The notes beneath the pieces were generated by a model. It made no database searches and had not been told where the DNA came from. It saw only the letters and a program-made list of their open reading frames with translations. From Vulcanimicrobiales bacterium (GTDB lineage: Bacteria; Vulcanimicrobiota; Vulcanimicrobiia; Vulcanimicrobiales; Vulcanimicrobiaceae): a DNA stretch of 54,138 nt. The translations under genes and the position numbers were made by a program. This document shows, piece after piece, positions 9,379 to 18,504 of the stretch; position 1 is the stretch's first letter; every line of letters starts with the position of its first letter. The stretch lies in the NCBI GenBank assembly GCA_038215615.1, contig JBBQQR010000013.1, positions 1-54,138 on the forward strand, in the 5' to 3' direction.

Positions 9379-10106
9379 TCGGGAATTCGCCGGATCGCTT
9401 CACGTCGCGAGCCGGAGATTACGCGCAGCATCGTCCGGGGTATCCTCCCGAAGCGCTCGATGCGCTCCTGGCAGGATTGGGACCGCCTGAAAAACTGACC
9501 ATCGCCGACATCGGAGCGGGCACCGGCATCTCATCGCGGCTGCTCGCGCAGCGCGGCGCAACAGTATTCGCAATCGAGCCGAATCATTCGATGGCCGAGC
9601 AAGCCGAGCCCGATCCCCGCATCGAATGGATCGACGGAATGGGCGAAGATACGCGCCTGCCCGATCGATCCGTCGATGTCGCCGCCGCATTTCAGTCGTT
9701 TCACTGGTTCGAGCCGCAAGCTGCGATCGCAGAGTTCAGGCGTATCAGCCGGCAGCGTATTGCCCTGGTGCAGTACGAACGCGACGAAAGCGACCCGTTC
9801 GCGGCTGCCTACGGCGAACTCGTATCCCGCTATGCGGCCGAACCGGTCGAGACGAAACGCGCACGAGCACTGAACGAGTTCGCGCGGCTGGCGGGGTCGA
9901 GTTGCGTGCGCAGCCAGCATCCCTACGCGCAAAACTTGGATCGCGACGAACTCCTGGGACGCATGGCTTCGACCTCGTACTTGCCTCGCGACGGCGCGCG
10001 AGCTGATGAGCTGCGCGGCGAAACTTTGGCATTGTTCGATCGCTTCGCGCTGGATGGCGGCGTGTCGCTGGCGATGATCTGCTACGTGTTGCGGGCCGAT
10101 GCGTAA
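9375..10106 (+). CDS. Class I SAM-dependent methyltransferase
   Basis: YAQHRPGYP, IADIGAGTGISS, AFQSFHWF; GTGA overlap with the upstream gene. Confidence 0.9.
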   Translation: MIGNSPDRFTSRAGDYAQHRPGYPPEALDALLAGLGPPEKLTIADIGAGTGISSRLLAQRGATVFAIEPNHSMAEQAEPDPRIEWIDGMGEDTRLPDRSVDVAAAFQSFHWFEPQAAIAEFRRISRQRIALVQYERDESDPFAAAYGELVSRYAAEPVETKRARALNEFARLAGSSCVRSQHPYAQNLDRDELLGRMASTSYLPRDGARADELRGETLALFDRFALDGGVSLAMICYVLRADA

Positions 10107-12194
10107 GCTGCGTCTCGGTGTGGACGTTGGGGGAACGTTTACCGATGTCGTCGCGATTGATGCGCAGAGCCGCGAGGTCGTAGCGCGCGTAAAAGTGCCG
10201 ACGACGCATACCGCGGCGGCGGGCGTCGCCGCCGGCATTGTCGACGGAATTGCGCGGCTCTTTTCCGACGGCACGATCGATCCGGCCGAGGTTTCATTTA
10301 TCGCGCACTCCACGACGCAGGCGACCAACGCGCTGCTCGAAGGCGACGTCGCACAAGTTGGCGTGCTGGGCTTGCTCAACGGACTCGGCCCGCTTGCGCG
10401 CATGCAGATGCGCTTCGGGCGATTGCAGTTGGCGCCTGGCCTGCCGTTCGAACCGAAGTTTGCCTTCGCGCCGGCGCACGATCGCAAGCGGGTCGAGGCG
10501 GCAGTCGGCGCACTCATGCAAAGTGGAACCGAAGTGCTCGCGGTGACGCAAGCGTTTCGGTCGACCGGCCGCGGGGCGAGAACGATGCAGTAGCGATAGC
10601 GTCGCAAGCCGGACTTTTCGCGACCAGCGGCCACGACGTGAGCACGATGTACGGCTTGCGCGCGCGCACGCGCACGGCGGCGATTAACGCCGCCATTCTT
10701 CCCAAGATGGTGCGCACTGCGCGAATGACGGCCGGCGCCGTCCGCGAAGCGGCGATCGATGCTCCTCTTATGGTTATGCGCAGCGACGGCGGCGTGATGG
10801 ATGCGCGCGAGATGGAGCGGCGTCCGATTCTTACACTGCTTTCCGGCCCGGCGGCGGGCGTTGCAGGCGCGCTTCTGCACGAAAATGTCACGGACGGCAT
10901 CTTTATCGAGGTCGGCGGCACGAGCTCGGACTGTTCGGCGATCCGCGCGGGCATGCCGCAGATGCGGCCGGCACGCGTCGGCGGACATCGCACGATGCTG
11001 CGCACGCTCGACGTGCGCACGCTGGGAATTGCCGGCGGCAGTTTGATGCGCGCGGCGGGTGGAAAAATTGTCGACGTCGGCCCGCGTTCTGCGCATATCG
11101 CCGGTTTGAGTTACGCATGTTTTCTCGATCCGGCCGCCATTGACGGCGCGCGTTTCGAGGCGTTCCGCCCGAGCGTGCACGACTCGGACGACTATGTAGC
11201 GTTGCGCGGGCGCGATGGGGCCCACATCGCGGTCACGCCCACGTGCGCGGCAAATTTTTTAGGGTTCGTCCCCGCATCGGCATTTGCACACGGCAACGCG
11301 GAATCTGCGGGCAAAGCGCTGGCCATACTCGGTGCGCATTTCGGAACGAGCGCCGAAAGCGTCGCGCGTGAGATGCTGGATATCGCGTCGGCAAAAATTA
11401 TCGCGACCATTGAAGAACTGATCGCGGATTACGAACTCGACCGGCATGCCGTGGTAGTGGTCGGCGGAGGCGGTGGCGCGGCTGCGCTCATTCCGTACGC
11501 GGCGAAAAAAACCGGATTGGACTTCCGGCTCGCGCGCGACGCGGAAGTGATCTCGCCAATCGGCGTGGCGCTCGCACTCGTGCGCGAAGTGGTGGAGCGC
11601 ACCATCGTGGATCCGTCGCCCGAGGATATTCTTCGCATCCGGCGCGAGGCGCAAGATGCCGTTGTCTCAGCCGGCGCTTCGCCCGATGGCGTCGAGACGG
11701 TGGTCGAGATCGACTCGCAACGGAACATCGTGCGCGCCACGGCATCGGGAGCGACCGAACTCGCGGAGACGGCGGCGCATGGAACATTGGACGAAGACGC
11801 GCGCCTGGCGGCGGCCGCGCGATTGATGCGCGCGGCGCTTGCGGACGTCCGGGCGGTCGCGCGCACTCCGGGTCTGACCGTTTTCGAGTCGGGCCCCATG
11901 CTGCGTGTGCTCGATCGCGGAGGTGTCGGCCGGCTGACGCTGCGAGACGGCACGGTTCGCGTTACGGCAGCTGGATGCGCGGCCGAAGATCTGCGCGAGG
12001 CAATCGAAGAAGCCACCGCTTTTGGCGATGTCGGCCGGGCAATGCCCAATCTTTACGTCTTGCACGGAGCGCGCATCGCCGACTACAGTGGGCTGCTCTC
12101 GGCCGAGCAAGCCGTGGCGCTGGCGCAAGAAGAGCTCGCGGGCCGCGAGCCCGGCGCCCCGGTTCTCATCATAACCTCACGCCGGCCGGCGTAA
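10099..12194 (+). pseudogene. Hydantoinase/oxoprolinase A-family protein split by a 1-nt frameshift near 10555-10558
   Basis: Frame 1 has LGVDVGGTFTD and IAHSTTQATNALLEG. Frame 2 has RTRTAAINA, MRSDGG, LLSGPAAG, EVGGTSSD, LGIAGGS and GGGGGA. Adding one T to GCG TTT CGG restores ...QAFSVDRPRGENDAVAIASQAGLFATSGHDVSTMYGL... Real lesion versus sequencing error is unresolved. Confidence 0.8.
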
Positions 12195-12225
12195 CTAAGG
12201 CCTGCGCCGGCCGATACCTAAGAGT

Positions 12226-12579
12226 ATGGCAGACGTCATCATTGAGAATAATACGGTTAGCATCGAGCTCTCGACCATGGACAAAATCTGGGCGGTGCAT
12301 GGGGGCCTGAAAATTCCGCTTGCGCACATCACGTCGGCCGGCGTCGAAGATGAAAGCGCCTGGGACTACTGGTTCCGGCTCATCGGCACGAACGCGCCGG
12401 GTGTAAAGACCGCCGGCACGTTCTATGCCGACGGCGGTTTAGCGTTTGTGGATTTTGGAACCGGGCGGAATTGTCTCGTGCTCGAGACGGAGCACGAACG
12501 TTACAAGAAAGTGGTCGTGCAAACCGGCGACGACCCCGACCGCATTGCGGCCGAGATCAATCGCCGGATTGGCAGATAA
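12226..12579 (+). CDS. Hypothetical protein, possible PH-like fold
   Basis: 117 aa; LKIPLAHITS and RLIGTNAPGVKTAGTFY pattern. Confidence 0.7.
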   Translation: MADVIIENNTVSIELSTMDKIWAVHGGLKIPLAHITSAGVEDESAWDYWFRLIGTNAPGVKTAGTFYADGGLAFVDFGTGRNCLVLETEHERYKKVVVQTGDDPDRIAAEINRRIGR

Positions 12580-14094
12580 CTACATCCTTGGCTGGCTGAT
12601 TCCCATGCGCTCGACTTCTTCGAGCGCTACCGTGCTCTTATGGCGTCCGTAGCTGTAATAGAAGATCAAGCCGATAATCATCCACACGATAAACGCAAAC
12701 CAGACCAGCGGAAAGAAATTCCACAGCAGCGGATTGCCGACGCGGAGATAGAGGATCAATCCAAAGGCCGTTAAGGCCGACAGGTAGGGAATGATATAGG
12801 GACCCAACGGCACGACGAAACTTGAGGTCAGCTCGGGGTGCCGCCTCCGCAAAATCGGCACCGCGAAAGACACAAGGATGAACGCGAATAATGTGCCCAT
12901 GTTCACCAGCGACCCAACGATATTGATCGGCGTTAACGCGGCGACGATCGCGATGACAACACCGAAAAAGACCGTTGAGTAGATGGGCGTTCTCCACACC
13001 GGATGGACGCGGGTAAAGTTGGGCGGAATCAGCTTGTCGCGAGACATTGCGTACCATACCCGGCTCTGACCGAACATCATGACGAGCAACACTGTCGTCA
13101 AACCGGCGATCGCTCCAAGCGAAATGATAGTGCCTGCCCATCCGAGCCCGACGCTGTTGAGCGCGAATGCGACCGGGTACGTGACGTTCAGCGTGTAGAA
13201 CGGCACCATGCCGTTGAGAATCGCCACGACGATGATGTAAAGAATCGTGCAGACGGCGAGGCTCATGAGTATCCCGAACGGCAGATCTTTTGCGGGGTTC
13301 TTGGCTTCTTCGGCCGTTGTCGAAACGGCATCGAAGCCGATGTAGGCAAAGAAGATGAAGGCGGCGCCGCCGAGCATACCCGAGACGCCGAACGGAAAGT
13401 ATCCGCCCATTCCGGCTAAGCCGCCCGGAGGCAAGTGATAGTTCGCGCCGTTGATGTGACCGACGCCGATCGCGATAAAAAAGAGTACGATCAGCACTTT
13501 GATCATCACGATGATCCCGTTGACGGTACCTGATTCTTTTGTGCCACGCGCTAACAAGGCAGTAATCACCAGAATCGCTCCGGCGGCCGGCAAGTTCGCG
13601 TACCCTGAAACACCGGCTTGTCCGGCCAGTCCCCAATGCGGGCCGTTTGCCCACATCGGCGAGATGTTGAGCCAGCTTATTCCGGTTTGATGCAAGATGT
13701 TTACAAAGTAACCCGACCAGCCGATACTCACCGTAGACGCACCAAGCGCATATTCCAGGATCAAATCCCAACCGATGATCCACGCCAAGAGTTCTCCGAG
13801 CGTTGCGTAGGTGTAGGTGTACGCGCTTCCCGAGATCGGAATCTTGGACGATACCTCAGCGTAGCATAGCGCGGCCAGCGCGCTAACTACGCCGGCGACG
13901 ACGAACGAAATCGTAATCGACGGGCCCGCGCGCGTTGCCGAGGCAACACCGGTAAGTACAAAGATGCCCGTGCCGATGATAGCGCCGATGCCCATAGCCG
14001 TGAGCGCCCAGGGGCCGAGCGAGCGTTTTAGACCTTGTTCGGAATCGGTGCCTTCGGCAAGAATGGTCGCGAGAGGCTTAACGCGTGATAGCAT
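12580..14094 (-). CDS. APC-family amino acid permease (cationic amino acid transporter/YhdG-like)
   Basis: LKRSLGPWALTAMGIGAIIGTGIFVLTG, LCYAE, SGSAYTY, FFAYIGFDAVSTTAEEAKNP. True start is the ATG at 14094; the upstream part of the 922 aa ORF is antisense to a real gene. Confidence 0.93.
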   Translation of the reverse strand: MLSRVKPLATILAEGTDSEQGLKRSLGPWALTAMGIGAIIGTGIFVLTGVASATRAGPSITISFVVAGVVSALAALCYAEVSSKIPISGSAYTYTYATLGELLAWIIGWDLILEYALGASTVSIGWSGYFVNILHQTGISWLNISPMWANGPHWGLAGQAGVSGYANLPAAGAILVITALLARGTKESGTVNGIIVMIKVLIVLFFIAIGVGHINGANYHLPPGGLAGMGGYFPFGVSGMLGGAAFIFFAYIGFDAVSTTAEEAKNPAKDLPFGILMSLAVCTILYIIVVAILNGMVPFYTLNVTYPVAFALNSVGLGWAGTIISLGAIAGLTTVLLVMMFGQSRVWYAMSRDKLIPPNFTRVHPVWRTPIYSTVFFGVVIAIVAALTPINIVGSLVNMGTLFAFILVSFAVPILRRRHPELTSSFVVPLGPYIIPYLSALTAFGLILYLRVGNPLLWNFFPLVWFAFIVWMIIGLIFYYSYGRHKSTVALEEVERMGISQPRM

Positions 14095-14169
14095 GCGGAG
14101 CCGTTTACCCCTTGCCTTGCTACTCCCTGTCGCCGGAGGCCGCACTCGCGCGTCGAAGGCGGCGACGAA

Positions 14170-15507
14170 GTGAAAGAGTACGACGTCCTGGTGGTCGGCG
14201 GCGGAAACGCGGGATGCGCCGCCGCGATCGCAGCGGCTCGACATGGGGCGAATACCATGCTCGTCGAGCGCTACGGTTTTTTGGGCGGAACGGCAACCGC
14301 GTCCATGGTCGGACCCTGGATGACGTTTCATTCGGGAGAGAAACGCATCGTCGGCGGCATCGCACAAGAGATCGTGACGCGCCTGCAGGCGATGGGCGGA
14401 TCGCCGGGCCATCTGCGCGACTCTTCCGATTACGTTCCGACGATCACGCCGTTCGATCCCGAGATCCACAAAGCGCTGCTCTTTGAGATGATGCAGGAAG
14501 CCGGCGTGCATCTGTTGGTCCATGCGTATTTTTTGCGCGCCGTGATGGATGGTGACGGCGTTGCCGGCGCGGTCTTTGCAACGGTCGCGGGCGAACGGGA
14601 ATACCGCGCGCGCGTGACTATTGATGCAACCGCGGACGCGTACGTCGCCGCGTCGGCCGGCGTCGAAACGCAGCAAGGCGACGAACGAGGGCGCGTGCAG
14701 CCGGCGACCCTGATCTTTCGCTTGAGCCACGTCGACCTTGCGAAAACCGCTGCATACGTCCGTATGCATCCCGATCAAATGCGCACATCGCTGAAAACGC
14801 ACGAACGCACCGCGCCGGCGCTGACGGCCGTGGCCGGGCTCTACGAATTGTGGCACGAGGCTCAAGCCAAAGGCGACGTCAGCATTCCGCGCGAGGTCGT
14901 CTCGTTTTTCATCTCGCCGTATCCGGACGAAGTCACCGTGAACATGACGCGCGTTGTTGACATCGACCCGCTCGATCCCGACGATCTGACGCGCGCCGAG
15001 GTTGAGGCGCGCGGCCAGGCGATGCAGCTCTTCGACTTCTTTCGCAAGCGCGTGCCCGGCTTCGAAAACTCCCGGATTGCGGCGACCGCGACGCAGATCG
15101 GTATTCGTGAGTCGCGCCGCATCGCCGGCGAATACACGCTGACGCGCGACGACGTGCTGCAAGGCAAACACTTCGACGATGCGATTGCGCGCAGCGCCTA
15201 TCCGATCGATATTCACAACCCCTCGGGCACCGGCACGCAAACGCACCGGCTGCACGCCGGCGAGAGCTACGAAATCCCGTACCGCTGTTTGGTGCCGTCT
15301 AAAGTAGACCGGCTGCTCGTCGCGGGACGCTGCATATCCACCACGCACGAAGCGTTGGCCTCAACTCGTTTGACGCCGACGGTCATGACGCTTGGCCAAG
15401 CCGCGGGCACCGCGGCCGCGCTCGCGCTCGGAGAAAAAGTGCGCGTCCGCGACGTAGATACCGAAAAGCTGCGTTCTGCGCTCAAGGCAGACGGCGTGGT
15501 CTTATGA
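14170..15507 (+). CDS. FAD-dependent oxidoreductase (FAD_oxidored-type)
   Basis: YDVLVVGGGNAGCAAAIAAAR, ERYGFLGG, IDATADA, GIRESRRIAGEYTLT, YEIPYRCLVP, LLVAGRCIS. Confidence 0.9.
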   Translation: MKEYDVLVVGGGNAGCAAAIAAARHGANTMLVERYGFLGGTATASMVGPWMTFHSGEKRIVGGIAQEIVTRLQAMGGSPGHLRDSSDYVPTITPFDPEIHKALLFEMMQEAGVHLLVHAYFLRAVMDGDGVAGAVFATVAGEREYRARVTIDATADAYVAASAGVETQQGDERGRVQPATLIFRLSHVDLAKTAAYVRMHPDQMRTSLKTHERTAPALTAVAGLYELWHEAQAKGDVSIPREVVSFFISPYPDEVTVNMTRVVDIDPLDPDDLTRAEVEARGQAMQLFDFFRKRVPGFENSRIAATATQIGIRESRRIAGEYTLTRDDVLQGKHFDDAIARSAYPIDIHNPSGTGTQTHRLHAGESYEIPYRCLVPSKVDRLLVAGRCISTTHEALASTRLTPTVMTLGQAAGTAAALALGEKVRVRDVDTEKLRSALKADGVVL

Positions 15508-15743
15508 AAATCGAGTTCGCCGATCTGGGTGATTGGGGCGATGCCGAACTGCGCTCCGAATACGATCCGGAAGGCCCGGTCATTCGCATTAACTCGCGTG
15601 TTGCCGACACACTTCCGCCCGAAGAACGCGCGGCGTTCGTGAAGCGTGCCATCGCGCACGAACTCTACCATCATATGGAGCATTGCGGCGATATTCCGGT
15701 CATCGCCGATCGCGCGGCTCGCGAAGAGGCCGCGAACGCATGA
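15504..15743 (+). CDS. Small HExxH protein (ImmA/IrrE-like minimal metallopeptidase motif)
   Basis: 79 aa; IRINSR...AIAHELYHH...EEAANA; ATGA overlaps with the genes on both sides. Confidence 0.7.
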   Translation: MKIEFADLGDWGDAELRSEYDPEGPVIRINSRVADTLPPEERAAFVKRAIAHELYHHMEHCGDIPVIADRAAREEAANA

Positions 15744-16630
15744 CGCTGTACGCCGGAATCGACGCGGGGCAAAGCCGGACCGTGGCCGCAATTGCGGACG
15801 AATCGGGCCGCGAGCTCGGGCGCGGCGAAGCCGGCGCTGCCGACGAGATCGGGCAAACTGCGAACTCAACGCGCCTGAGCGACGCGCTGCGCAAGGCTTA
15901 CGATGCAGCAGCGCTCGCCGCGAAACTGCCGGCCAATGCACGGTGCGAACGCATCGTCGCCGGCATCAGCGGTTACGAAGGGCGCGTTTATGGACAGACG
16001 CCGGACTTGCCATGCGGCGAGTTGATATTACTGCACGACGCGGTGATCGCGCACGCAGGCGCGTTCCAAGGCGGCCCCGGCGTTGCCGTTATCGCCGGCA
16101 CCGGTTCGGTTGCGTACGGCGCGAACGAGCGCGATGAAACGGTGACGGTCGGCGGGTGGGGTTATCTGTTCGGCGACGAGGGTAGCGCATTTTGGTTCGC
16201 GCGCCGGGCGATCGAAGATGCCATTCGCGACGAAGACGCCGGGAAGAAGAATTCGTTTGCGCAGACGCTGCTGCGTCATTTCGGAACCGAGTCGTTGCGC
16301 GCGCTAGAGCGGTCGTTTTATGCCGGCGAGAACACGCGAACCCCGCTGGCCGAGTACGCGCAGGCGGCGATCGAGCGATCCGGATCGGATCCCGGCGGCG
16401 AGCGTTACGTGCAGCAGTGCGCTCAGGCGCTGGCCGACCTGGCCGTGCGCGCGATGGCGCGCATCGGGTTGCCGGCGGGGCCGCTCGCATTCTTGGGCGG
16501 GATGACGAAGAGCGCGGTGATGAAATCCGCGATTGCGAGCGCCGTGGAAGAAGTAACGCCGGACGCTAGACTCATCGAACCGGCGGGAGACGCCGTTTCC
16601 GGCGCGCTGTTCTTGGCGCGGAGCCGATGA
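15740..16630 (+). CDS. BadF/BadG/BcrA/BcrD-type sugar kinase (N-acetylglucosamine kinase-like)
   Basis: YAGIDAGQSRT, HDAVIAHAGA, VIAGTGSVAYG, GGWGYLFGDEGSAFW. Confidence 0.88.
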   Translation: MTLYAGIDAGQSRTVAAIADESGRELGRGEAGAADEIGQTANSTRLSDALRKAYDAAALAAKLPANARCERIVAGISGYEGRVYGQTPDLPCGELILLHDAVIAHAGAFQGGPGVAVIAGTGSVAYGANERDETVTVGGWGYLFGDEGSAFWFARRAIEDAIRDEDAGKKNSFAQTLLRHFGTESLRALERSFYAGENTRTPLAEYAQAAIERSGSDPGGERYVQQCAQALADLAVRAMARIGLPAGPLAFLGGMTKSAVMKSAIASAVEEVTPDARLIEPAGDAVSGALFLARSR

Positions 16631-17322
16631 GCGGTAAGCACGAGCTGCTGGAACGTCTGCGCGGGGGCCTGATTGTCTCGGTGCAAGCTGCGCCGGGATC
16701 GGCGCTCGGCGATCCGCTCGTCTTATGCGCGATGGCCGCCGCCGCAAAAGCAGCGGGCGCCGTGGGTCTGCGGCTGGCCGGCGAAAGAAATATCGAAGCC
16801 GTTCGCAAGCGCGTCGATCTTCCCGTGATTGGCATCGTAAAGCGCGAGTATTCCGGATTCGAACCGTACATCACGCCGACGCTGCGCGAAGTCCGCGAGC
16901 TGCTAAACCTGGGCGTAGAGATCGTGGCGTTCGACGCGACCGGCCGCTTGCGTCCGGCTGGAGCCGGCGTGCCGCAGATCGTCGGCGAGATTCAGGGCGG
17001 TGGCGCGCTTGCAATGGCCGACTGCGCCCAGGCCGCCGACGGGGTCGCCGCGCAGGCCGCTGGGGCTGATATCGTCGCGACCACGCTCTGCGGCTATACA
17101 AAGGAGACGGCCGGCTGCGCGCTGCCGGCGCTTGACCTCGTGCGCGCCTTCGCCGAACTGGATGCCTTTGTGATCTGCGAGGGTGGGATTCATTCGCCCG
17201 CCCAGGGAGCCACGGCTCTCCAGGCCGGGGCCGCCGCCGTGGTCGTCGGGACCGCCATTACAAATGTAGAGTGGCTGACCGGGGAATATGCCGCAGCCCT
17301 TCAAAGGTCGTCGCCTGCGTAG
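16627..17322 (+). CDS. nanE: N-acetylmannosamine-6-phosphate 2-epimerase
   Basis: GLIVSVQA, VDLPVIGIVKR, YITPT, IVAFDAT, TTLCGYT, VVVGTAIT. Confidence 0.92.
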   Translation: MSGKHELLERLRGGLIVSVQAAPGSALGDPLVLCAMAAAAKAAGAVGLRLAGERNIEAVRKRVDLPVIGIVKREYSGFEPYITPTLREVRELLNLGVEIVAFDATGRLRPAGAGVPQIVGEIQGGGALAMADCAQAADGVAAQAAGADIVATTLCGYTKETAGCALPALDLVRAFAELDAFVICEGGIHSPAQGATALQAGAAAVVVGTAITNVEWLTGEYAAALQRSSPA

Positions 17323-17340
17323 GACGCGCTTTCCTATAAT
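17311..17340 (+). promoter_or_regulatory. Sigma70-type promoter candidate for the oxidase operon
   Basis: Perfect TATAAT at 17335-17340, 40 bp upstream of ctaC; weak -35 (TCGCCT at 17311-17316). Confidence 0.5.
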
Positions 17341-17380
17341 CTAATAGGCCTATCCGGCTGCTTTTGGAGATCGCACACTT

Positions 17381-18493
17381 TTGCCAGAAAATAGAGACCC
17401 GGTAGTCCATCTCGACCGCCAGTTCTGGATCGTCACGGCCGGGCTCGGCGTGCTGGCGCTCATTTCGATACTCTGGTGGGTCTGGGCCCCGATTACGAGC
17501 ATCATGCCCGAAGCGGTCGACAAGGCCGAACAGATCGACGCGCTGTTCCGCTTTCTGGCGGCGTCCGGCACCGCGCTCTTCATCTTTATCTGCGGATATA
17601 TCGTCTATTTTTCCCTGGCGTTCCGCCGTCACGCCGGCACGCCCGAGAATGCCGTCGGCATCCAGATTCACGACAACAACAAGCTCGAGTTTTGGTGGAC
17701 GCTCGCGCCGACCGTTTTTGTCGTCATCATGGCGATCTTCAGTTTGCGCATTTGGTACGGCATCGAATTTGCGCCGACCAACACCCTGGTGGTTGAAGCG
17801 ATCGGCCATCAATGGTACTACACGTTCCGTTATCCCAACGTGAACGGCGAAGTCAAGGAAATGCATCTGCCGCTCGGGCAGGCCGTCACGCTGCATGTGA
17901 CATCAAGCGATGTCATTCACTCGTTTTGGATTCCGGCCATGCGGTTAAAAGCCGACATGGTCCCCGGCTTGATCAATACGTTCGAGTTTACGCCGACCCG
18001 CCCGGGAAGATACGAGATCATCTGCACGGAATTTTGCGGAACCTTCCACGGCGAAATGCACAGCGGGACGACTCAGAATCCTGCCTACGTCTACATCGAT
18101 CCGCCCGGGCGTTACGCGGCGTGGTACGCGCGCACCGGGCGCGAGCAAATTCACGCGAGCAACGCGATTGCCGCGCCGGTTAGCCCGACGCGGCTGAATC
18201 TTTCCAACGGTAACGCGAAAGCCGGCGCGCAGCTCTTTGCGGCCAAGTGCTCGGCCTGTCACGCGATCGGTCCGTTCGATCAGAAAATCGTCGGTCCGGG
18301 CCTGCGGGGCATTTTGAACGACCCGGCCCATCCGCAGCTCGTGGACGGTGACAGAGCGACGCCCGAAAACGTCGCGAAGATATTGGAAAACGGTTATAAG
18401 GGCAGCCTGGGACAGATGCCCAACCAAGCAGCCAATGGCCTAAGCAACAAAGACATCGTGAATCTCGTCGCTTACCTGAAAACACTGAAGTAA
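17381..18493 (+). CDS. ctaC: Cytochrome c oxidase subunit II with fused cytochrome c (caa3 type)
   Basis: GHQWYYTF, DVIHSFW, CuA motif CTEFCGTFHGEM, and C-terminal heme motif CSACH with distal QMP. Confidence 0.95.
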   Translation: MPENRDPVVHLDRQFWIVTAGLGVLALISILWWVWAPITSIMPEAVDKAEQIDALFRFLAASGTALFIFICGYIVYFSLAFRRHAGTPENAVGIQIHDNNKLEFWWTLAPTVFVVIMAIFSLRIWYGIEFAPTNTLVVEAIGHQWYYTFRYPNVNGEVKEMHLPLGQAVTLHVTSSDVIHSFWIPAMRLKADMVPGLINTFEFTPTRPGRYEIICTEFCGTFHGEMHSGTTQNPAYVYIDPPGRYAAWYARTGREQIHASNAIAAPVSPTRLNLSNGNAKAGAQLFAAKCSACHAIGPFDQKIVGPGLRGILNDPAHPQLVDGDRATPENVAKILENGYKGSLGQMPNQAANGLSNKDIVNLVAYLKTLK

Positions 18494-18504
18494 CTCGGAG
18501 CAAG

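Noticed and set aside
14095..15348. 922 aa ORF suggesting a large N-terminal fusion on the amino acid permease
   Set aside because: The extension is the antisense shadow of the FAD oxidoreductase gene; permease homology starts at ATG 14094.
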